DNA of 63,860 bases, filler included, from a bacterium (GTDB lineage: Bacteria; JAMOTN01), in NCBI GenBank assembly GCA_027062325.1. It is 6 parts of 6 records of this genome, joined end to end, with 100 filler letters (N's around TTAATTAATTAA, not from the genome) between each part and the next. Parts side by side here need not be neighbours in the genome. Positions count along the whole stretch, not along the records: positions 1 to 11,875 come from JAMOTN010000037.1; 5 more parts are not named here. One strand, 5' to 3'. The first letter of the stretch is position 1; each line of letters opens with the position of its first letter. The position numbers and the translations under genes are program-made. The notes below the pieces were generated by a model. The model saw nothing but the letters and a program-made list of their open reading frames with translations, did no database searches and was not told where the DNA came from. Positions 1 through 8,285 of this stretch are shown here, piece after piece.

Positions 1-821
1 TGCCTTTTGGAGATTTGACGAGTGAAAGTGTATGGGACGGAGAGGTTGTTTTAGCACGTTGCTTTGCAAAAGAAGAATTTGTTGTTGCGGGGATTGAATT
101 TTTTCAACTAAGTTTTTTAAAAATGGGGGCTGAATGTACACCTGTTGCTGCTAACGGCGAAGTTGTTGATAAAGGGAAAACTATTGCGTGGGTAAGGGGA
201 GATGCGGATCTGGTTTTAGCAGCGGAGCGTGTGGCTCTTAATTTTCTTCAATATTCGAGTGGGATAGCCACCAAATGCTGGGAGTTTAAAAAAGTTGTAG
301 AAGAACAAGGTATAGATAGAGATATTCAGATTTTAGATACAAGAAAAGTGCATCCACTTTTGAGGTATGTGGCAAAACGGGCGGTAGCTTCTGTTTTGGG
401 TAAGACTCATAGGTTTTCTTTGAGTGATGCAGTTATGATAAAAGATAACCACATAAAGGTTGCAGGGAGTGTTAAAGCGGCTGTGGAAAGGGTTTATTCA
501 AAAGTTCCGTTCACTGCTAAAATAGAAGTTGAAGTTGAAAACTTTGATCAGCTAAGTGAGGCTTTAGAGTGTGCAAAAGCTTCCATGGTTGATATAATTA
601 TGCTTGATAACTTTGATGATGAGATGATTCAAGAGGCTGTATTGGAGAGGAAGAAAAGAGAGCTTATTGGAAAGGTTTACTACGAAGCTTCAGGTGGTAT
701 AACTTTGGAAAGAGTTGTCAATCTTGTTAAAATGGGAGTAGATGCTTTTTCAACAAGTAAACTTATCACTGCTAGTAAATGGCCAGATGTTTCTCTAGAG
801 ATAGAGGAGGTAAAGGCTTGA
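1..821 (+). CDS. nadC: Nicotinate-nucleotide pyrophosphorylase (quinolinate phosphoribosyltransferase), 5'-truncated by window edge
   Basis: Frame is open from base 3 (PFGDLTSES). Motifs ERVALNFLQ.SGIAT, LDTRK, HRFSLSDAVMIKDNH, IEVEV, IMLDN, EASGGI. Confidence 0.95.
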   Translation, partial: PFGDLTSESVWDGEVVLARCFAKEEFVVAGIEFFQLSFLKMGAECTPVAANGEVVDKGKTIAWVRGDADLVLAAERVALNFLQYSSGIATKCWEFKKVVEEQGIDRDIQILDTRKVHPLLRYVAKRAVASVLGKTHRFSLSDAVMIKDNHIKVAGSVKAAVERVYSKVPFTAKIEVEVENFDQLSEALECAKASMVDIIMLDNFDDEMIQEAVLERKKRELIGKVYYEASGGITLERVVNLVKMGVDAFSTSKLITASKWPDVSLEIEEVKA

Positions 822-1747
822 TGGGGTCTGCAGATCAAGCGGGAATGGGCACGAGCAAGAAGAACAGTAATAGTTGGAAGTTGGATTGGGATGGTTATCT
901 CTATATCTTGCCTGCTTTTGTGATAATAGCGGTGTTTCACATTTTTCCAGTTCTTTACGCCTTTGTTATGAGTTTCTTTGACTGGAACGTAATGAGTGGA
1001 AAGAGTGTATTTGTTGGGCTTTCAAATTACAAGGAGATTTTCGAGGATCCCATGTTTAGAAAGGCTTTTTGGAATACGATTTACTATGTTGTGGTGACAG
1101 TTCCTTTGGGAATTGCGGCATCCCTTTTCGTTGCAATTCTTTTGAATCAGAAGATAAAGTTGCGTGGCTTTTACAGAGTTCTTTACTTTCTGCCTGTTGT
1201 AACTTCATTGAACGCTGTATCTGTGGTTTGGAAGTGGATATATCATCCAACGTATGGTTTGCTTAATGCTTTTCTGAAAAAAATAGGATTGCCTCCTGTT
1301 GATTGGTTGGGAGATCCTCGTTTTGCGATGCCAGCTATCATTTTGATGAGTGTGTGGAAAAATATGGGATATAACGTGGTAATCTTTCTAGCGGCTTTAC
1401 AGAATGTACCAAAAGAGTTATATGAGTCTGCTGAAATTGATGGAGCAGGGGCATGGGCAAAGTTTTGGAACGTGACGGTTCCGATGATTTCACCTACACT
1501 TTTCTTTGTGATTATCACAAGTGTTATAGCTTCATTCCAGGTGTTTGCTCAAATTTGGATTATGACCCCTGAGGGAGGGCCGCTTGGAAGTACGACGGTT
1601 CTTGTTTACTACTTGTATCAACAAGCCTTCCAGAGATTTAGAATGGGTTACGGTTGTGCCCTGGCTTTCGTGATATTTATTATTTTGGCAGCTTTCAGCT
1701 TCCTTCAAAAGAAAATTGGTGAGAGGAAGGTACACTACGAGGTATGA
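821..1747 (+). CDS. Carbohydrate ABC transporter permease (UgpA/MalF-type)
   Basis: Hydrophobic helices; EAA loop LYESAEIDGAGAWAKFWNVTVP. Start moved from 779 to ATG 821, which follows GAGGAGG and overlaps the nadC stop (TGATG). Confidence 0.9.
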   Translation: MGSADQAGMGTSKKNSNSWKLDWDGYLYILPAFVIIAVFHIFPVLYAFVMSFFDWNVMSGKSVFVGLSNYKEIFEDPMFRKAFWNTIYYVVVTVPLGIAASLFVAILLNQKIKLRGFYRVLYFLPVVTSLNAVSVVWKWIYHPTYGLLNAFLKKIGLPPVDWLGDPRFAMPAIILMSVWKNMGYNVVIFLAALQNVPKELYESAEIDGAGAWAKFWNVTVPMISPTLFFVIITSVIASFQVFAQIWIMTPEGGPLGSTTVLVYYLYQQAFQRFRMGYGCALAFVIFIILAAFSFLQKKIGERKVHYEV

Positions 1748-2331
1748 GTTTTTTAGAGAGAAAAGTATGGTTCGTTTGTTTGGGAAATCCGGGATTGCAG
1801 TATTCTGAAACTCGTCATAATGCCGGATTTATGGTGGCAGACTATGCCTCTTTTTCTGAAGGATTTAAGTTTAAAAGGTTATACAGTTTTAAATATGCTA
1901 AAGGCGAATTTGCAAATTGGGTGAAGCCTACCACTTATATGAATTTAAGTGGAATGGCTGTGGGGGAACTTTTGAGAAGGGGTTTAGTAAGAAACGTAGA
2001 AGATTTGGTGATAATTTACGATGATTTTCACATACCTATTGGTAGGATTAAATTAAAAAGAGCAGGGAGCAGCGGTGGACATAACGGTATGAGGTCTATA
2101 ATTGAGGTTACGGGGGAGAATATCAAGAGAATTAGAATTGGTATAGGTCCTAAGCCGAATGAAGTGAATGTTGTGGATTTTGTTCTTGGAAAGTTTTCAC
2201 ACGAAGAGATGCTGATAATGAAATCTGTTATCAGGGGAGTTTATGAAACGTGCCGATTGATAGTGACAGCAGGGTTTGATAAGGCTCAGAATTTTGCAAA
2301 TGGCAAAGATTTTTCTAAAGAACTTGTTTAA
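1744..2331 (+). CDS. pth: Peptidyl-tRNA hydrolase
   Basis: LGNPG, TRHNAGF, KPTTYMNLSG, GGHNG, RIRIGIG, FVLGKF. Confidence 0.95.
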   Translation: MSFLERKVWFVCLGNPGLQYSETRHNAGFMVADYASFSEGFKFKRLYSFKYAKGEFANWVKPTTYMNLSGMAVGELLRRGLVRNVEDLVIIYDDFHIPIGRIKLKRAGSSGGHNGMRSIIEVTGENIKRIRIGIGPKPNEVNVVDFVLGKFSHEEMLIMKSVIRGVYETCRLIVTAGFDKAQNFANGKDFSKELV

Positions 2332-2353
2332 TTTTAATTGAGAGGGGATATAT

Positions 2354-3136
2354 ATGAGGAAGAAAGATAAAACGCCGATAATCAAGGCTATAAGAATGTT
2401 GGGAATAGCTTCAAGAAATGAAGCAGTCTCTCTTATAAAAGCTGGGAAGGTAAGGGTAAATGGGCGTGTTGTAAATGAATTTTATAAGGTTCAAGAGGGA
2501 GATGTTATAGAGGTTGGAATAGAGAAATTTGAATGGAAAAATCCTGATAAGGTTTATCTCATTTTGAATAAACCTGCTGGTTTTTCATCTCAGAAAGGAG
2601 AAGAGCCCACAGTTTACTCTCTGGTACCGCATATAAAGGGATTGTTTGCGGTTGGGAGACTTGATCGTAATACTGAAGGGTTACTGCTTTTTACAAACGA
2701 TGGAGATATTGGAAACAGGATGCTTAATCCCAAGAATTCAATTGAGAGAAAGTACTTGGTTGGAGTTGAGGGAGAAGTTTCGCTTGCAAAATTAAATGCT
2801 TTGAAAAAAGGCTTCTGGAAAGTTATAGAGAAGAATAAACGAGACAAAGTGATTAAAGAGAAGGTTTTGTTCAAAGCTAAAGAAGTTCGTTTTTTGTATT
2901 TTGATGGCAAACTGAGTTGGATAGAGCTTGTTTTGACAACTGGAAAAAAGCGGGAAGTCAGAGAGCTGATGAAAGCAGTTGGCTACAAAGTAAGAAAACT
3001 GGTTAGAATTTCTTTTGGGCCACTTACCTTAGGGGATCTTGAAATTGGAAGTTGGCGTTATCTGACGGATGAAGAGGTAAAAAAGTTAAAAGAAGCTCTT
3101 GGTTTAAAGGATGGAAATTTTCCAAATAGTGTTTAG
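2354..3136 (+). CDS. rRNA pseudouridine synthase, RsuA/RluB family with S4 domain
   Basis: N-terminal S4 (ASR...I.AGKVRVNG), LNKPAG, catalytic GRLDRNTEGLLLFTNDG, LVRISFGP. Confidence 0.9.
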   Translation: MRKKDKTPIIKAIRMLGIASRNEAVSLIKAGKVRVNGRVVNEFYKVQEGDVIEVGIEKFEWKNPDKVYLILNKPAGFSSQKGEEPTVYSLVPHIKGLFAVGRLDRNTEGLLLFTNDGDIGNRMLNPKNSIERKYLVGVEGEVSLAKLNALKKGFWKVIEKNKRDKVIKEKVLFKAKEVRFLYFDGKLSWIELVLTTGKKREVRELMKAVGYKVRKLVRISFGPLTLGDLEIGSWRYLTDEEVKKLKEALGLKDGNFPNSV

Positions 3137-3226
3137 CCTTTTAGTAAGGCAGATGGTCTGTTAGTTTTTCACTTTTAAAAGGCAACTGGTTAGGTTAAAA
3201 TATAAGAGTAAACTTAATGCAAAGGG

Positions 3227-3256
3227 TTGACGCTATGCAAAAAGTGTGCCTATTAC
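3227..3256 (+). promoter_or_regulatory. Candidate sigma70-type promoter for rpoBC
   Basis: TTGACG-N18-TATTAC in the 307-bp gap upstream of rpoB, followed by the 12-bp palindrome AAACCCGGGTTT (3264-3275). Confidence 0.35.
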
Positions 3257-3443
3257 CTTTTTTAAACCCGGGTTTTGAAAGATTGATGAGAGTTTTGGCT
3301 GGGATGTTCGCTTTCTTTTTAGTGATTTTGATGGCTATGATGAATTTTATTTCCTTAGCTTATGATGGAGTTTTTCTGGATTTTAGAACCGTAATGGTAT
3401 TTTTTGCTTGAAAGTATCTATCTACGAATAGGGGGGACCTGAT

Positions 3444-6400
3444 ATGAGAATTGAGAGGAGAGATGGCAAGCTGTTTATAAATTTTTCGAAACATAAGGAG
3501 CCAATTACACCACCGCATCTTATGCAGCTGCAGTTTGAGTCTTATTATGAACTTCTCCAACCTGATAAAGATCCTGACAAGAGGGAAAATAAGGGATTGG
3601 AGTCTGTATTTAGGGATCTATTTCCTTTGGTTGACAGAAATGGAAACAACGTTATAACTTACGATGGTTATCTTTTGGGAATTCAAAAGTGTGCAGGGTG
3701 CCCAGAACCGGGGGATAAGTGCTTGTACAACAAGTGCAATCATCCTCAAAAAAACTGCCATATTGTGAAGCTTGGAAATGCTTATTTCAGAGTTGAAAAG
3801 GATGAAGAAGAGTGCCGTAAGTTGAAGGAAACTTATGAGATACCGGTTAGGTTGAAGTTAACGCTTATAGATCAAAGAAGTGGAGAGAAAAGAGAAGAAA
3901 TTGTGACAGCTTTCTCTCTTCCTCTTATGACAGAACGTGGAACGTTTATAATCAATGGAACAGAAAAAGTAGTTGTTAGTCAGCTTATCAGGTCCCCTGG
4001 TGCATTCTATACTTACGATGCGCAGCGCAGAGTTTACGAGGGAAAGGTTTCCCCGGCTCAAGGAAGTTGGATTGAGTTTGAGCTTGATACCAGTAAGGGT
4101 TATATATACGTAAAGATGGATAGCCGTCGCCGTAAAATGCCAGTAACTTGGCTATTAAGGATGCTAGGTTATGACAGTAATATGATTCTTCAGTTATTTG
4201 ACAATAATGAATACATCAAGAAAACATTGGAGTTTAGCCAGGAAAAGTTTACTTCTATGGAGAAAGAAAAGCCTTATAGGGAAATAAGGAGTGAAGTTTA
4301 TAAGGAGATATTTAAGAAATTGAGAAATGAGAGTACAAATACAGCAGAGGATTATTTGAAAGGGTTATTTACCAATCCGAAACGTTACGACTTAACTGAG
4401 GTTGGAAGGTATAAAATTGAAAAAAAGTTCAATTTCGTGAGTATATGTGAAGGAAGAAAGGTGGCTAGGGATATAAAAATAGGAGATAAAGTTGTATTGA
4501 AATCTGGAGATTACTTAGAGGGTGAAAAACTTGATGTTTTGAAAAAGTTGGCAGATGAGGGATATGTAGATAAGATATATGTTTTCAACAGACGTGAAGA
4601 TAAAGAAGTTCCTGTTTGGGTTCACAGAAATGAAGAGATTGTTTTCTTAGGGGATTGGAATCGTTTGTGTGATGATGTTTTAGATGAGGAGTTAGCTGTT
4701 GATGTTTACATCGAGGATGCAGATGAGATAATTCCTGAAGGGACGCGTGTTAATGAGGATTTGCTGGAGACGCTTCTAGAAGCAGGAGTTCCAATGATAA
4801 AGGTGAGAGGAAGAACGAAGACTTACAAAGTAAAAGATCTCTTAACTCCTGAGTTGTACAAAGCGTTGAAAGAAGGATGGGAAGTTATAGGGAAAGATAG
4901 TGATAAGTATAGGCTAAACAGAGCAGGTTATGACAGATTTTTAGAGGAAGAGGAAGCAGTGGTTATAAGTCCAGAAGGAGAAGAGTACAAGATATCTTCT
5001 GATAAACTAAAAAATTTAAGAGAGGTTGTAGGGGCGATATATGTTCAGAAAGGATCTCGTAAGAAAAAAGTGGAAGATGCGGTACTTAAAGTTTTGACCA
5101 TGGAAGAGCTTCTTAGAATGTACGAGGATAAGGTTAAGGATATAACTGTAAAGCCTATAAGGGAAATAAGATTTACTGAGTACTTTGATAATATATTAGG
5201 CTTCAATGAAAATCGTGTGTTAGTTAGAAGGAGAATTTTGGGAAGGAAAGTTCTTCAGGATGTAATAGTTAAAGGCAAAGTGATTGTGAAAAAGGGTGAA
5301 GTGGTGGATGATGTTGTATTTCATAAGTTAATTGCTTCTCGTGTATTGTGGATAAAGGTTGAGAAGGGAAGAACTCTCACAAGGGATGACATAATTGATG
5401 CTTTGAGATATCTATTATATGTTACGTATGATGTTGGAGAGCTTGATGATATAGATCACATTGGAAATAGACGTATAAGAAGAGTGGGAGAGCTTATAAA
5501 AAATGAAATTAGAAAGGCATTACTTGGAAAGATGGAGAGGGAAACAGTTGATCAGCTGGCAACAAAGGATGGCAATAGTATAAGCAGTTTTATGAACTTT
5601 GGAGTTGTGAAGAATGCGATAAAAGAATTTTTCAATACTGGCCAGTTGTGTCAATTTATGGATCAGACGAACATTTTGGCAGAGCTTGAAAATAAGCGCC
5701 GTTTGAGTGCATTGGGGCCTGGTGGTTTGAAGAGAGAGAGAGCAACTTCTGAGGTTAGAGGTGTTCATCCATCACACTTTGGAAGAATTTGTCCTATTCA
5801 GACTCCAGAAGGACAGAATGCTGGTCTAATAGCATCTCTCACTGTGTATGGAAGAATAAATAAGTATGGTTTTATAGAGACACCACTTAGAAAGGTTGTA
5901 AATGGAAAGGTTACAGATGAGGTTGTTTACATGGAAGCTGGAGAAGAGGATAGGTATTACGTTGCTCCAGCTGATACTCCAGTTGATGAAAATGGAATGA
6001 TCATTCCTGAGTACGTGCCAGTGAAGGTTAAGACAGAAAATAGATATGAGTTTATTGAAGTTGAGAGAGAAAAGGTTCAGTACATGGGTGTATCTCCAAC
6101 TCAGATGGTAAGTGTGGGAAGTTCACTTATTCCTTTCTTGGAACATGACGATGCAAACCGTGCTTTGATGGGAACAAATATGCAAAGACAAGCGGTTCCT
6201 TTAATAAAGGCAGAAGCGCCGTTTGTTGCAACTGGTATGGAGGAAAGAGTTGTTGTTGATGCTATGGATTCGCTTGTATCCCCTGTAGATGGAGAAGTTA
6301 TATACGCGGATAGTTTGAGGATAGTTATAAAAGGAGAGGATGGAAAAGAATATGACCTAGAATTGCGTAAGTTTAAGAGAACGAACTCTAATAGTGTGTT

Positions 6401-8243
6401 TAATATGAAACCAATAGTTAAAATGGGAGATAAGGTAAAGCAAGGACAGGTTATTGCAGACGGTGAAGTTTCAGATAAGGGAAGATTGTCTGTTGGAAAA
6501 AATGTGTTGGTCTTCTTTATGCCTTATGATGGATACAACTTTGAGGACGCAATAGTGGCTAGTAGAGAATTGAACGAAAGGGATATATACACCTCTATTC
6601 ACATGAAGGAGCATGAGGTTGAGGCGCGTGAAGGTACAGGAAATGAAGGAGAGGAGATTACTGCAGATATTCCCGATTTGAGTGAAGAGCAGAGACGCAA
6701 GCTTGATGAAAGAGGTGTAGCTCGCATAGGAATTGAGCTTAAAAAGGGTGATGTTTTGGTTGGTAAAGTGGAGCCCAAGCCAGAGACGGAGACTACTTCT
6801 TTGGATAAATTGTTAAAAGCGATATTCAATCGTAAGAAGGACAACAAGAAGAATGTCTCCTATAAGCTAAAGAATGGAGAGGAAGGAAAGGTTGTCAAGG
6901 TGGAGTATCTGGATGGGAATGAGTACCATTTCAAAACAAATATAAAGACTTTGGTTAGAGTATTCTTGGTGCAGCGCCACAAATTAATGGAAGGAGATAA
7001 GATGGCAGGGCGTCACGGAAATAAGGGTGTTATATCTATCTTGGCTCCACGTGAAGATTTGCCAATGCTTGATGATGGAACTACTGCTCAACTTGTGCTT
7101 TCGCCGTTGGGTGTTCCATCGCGTATGAATGTTGGGCAGATATACGAAACCATTTTGGGGTGGACTGCCAAGCATCTTGGTTTTTACGCTATTACTCCGA
7201 TATTTGAGTCTCCAAAAGAAGATACAATAAAGAAACTCCTTGCATTGACGAGGTTGGCTAGAAAGAGGACGCTTAAATTGGCTAACGAGAATGCAGAAAT
7301 TGTAGGATACGTCAAGTTTGAGAAGTTGAATATCGACAGTAACGATAAATTGGTTGAGAAATTTGTGGAGAAGGGATTTGAGGAGGCTGTTTGGGAGACA
7401 GTCAAAGGAGTAAAAGCAGCTTTGTTTGATGCAGATTGGAATCTTGTAGGAGAGCTTGATACGAAGAGTAAGTTGTTCTTGGAGTCTTTGAAAGCGGGAG
7501 ATTGGACTTTGGCTCTCACTCCTGTTGATGAGATTGTATTTGAAACTCCATTTGTGAAAGTAAAAGAGAGAGTTTATGAGAAAGATGGATACAAGACAGT
7601 AGAAGTTAAAAGAGAGAGAAAAAAGGTTAAGTATAGGAAGCAGGTTGAAGTTCTTATTGACAGCTTTAAAAAGCTTTCTGCCTGGTTAGGAGAGACAGGT
7701 CAGGAGCTTGTAAGAGATGGAAGAACTGGTGAGTACATACATAATCCGGTTACGGTAGGATACATGTACATGTTAAAATTGCATCATTTGGTTGAGGAAA
7801 AGATACATGCAAGAGCTACTGGAAACTACGCTATGATTACCCAGCAACCGTTGGGTGGAAAAGCTCAGATGGGTGGTCAAAGGTTTGGAGAGATGGAAGT
7901 TTGGGCACTTGAGGCTTATGGTGCTGCCCATGCACTTCAAGAGATGCTCAGTATAAAGAGTGATGATATAGATGCACGTGAAGAAGTTTACAGAAATATA
8001 GTTAAGGGGAATCATTACGATGTTAAAACAAAGATGCCAGAGTCATTCAAAGTTTTGGTGCTTGAGCTTGCAAGTTTGGCTTTGAAAGTTGAGCTTCTTG
8101 ATGAAAAAGAGGTTAGGGAGCGATTTGGAAGGAATAGTGATGGAACATTTTTTATACCGCAGGATCTATTTTCTGAGGAGAGTCAGGAGGATAAAGAAGC
8201 AGAAGCTACAGCTGCCAAGAGGGTAAAAGAAATAAAGGGATAA
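3444..8243 (+). CDS. rpoB: DNA-directed RNA polymerase subunit beta, 1599 aa with large lineage-specific inserts
   Basis: [91 protein letters not shown]. Confidence 0.99.
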   Translation: [1599 protein letters not shown]

Positions 8244-8285
8244 TAAAGATAAAAAATCAAAAATACGAAGAGGGGGGCGGTCGCT

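Noticed and set aside
3217-3411. 64-aa hydrophobic ORF upstream of rpoB
   Set aside because: No RBS, it overlaps the candidate promoter, and its hydrophobicity is explained by T-rich leader DNA. A leader peptide cannot be strictly excluded.
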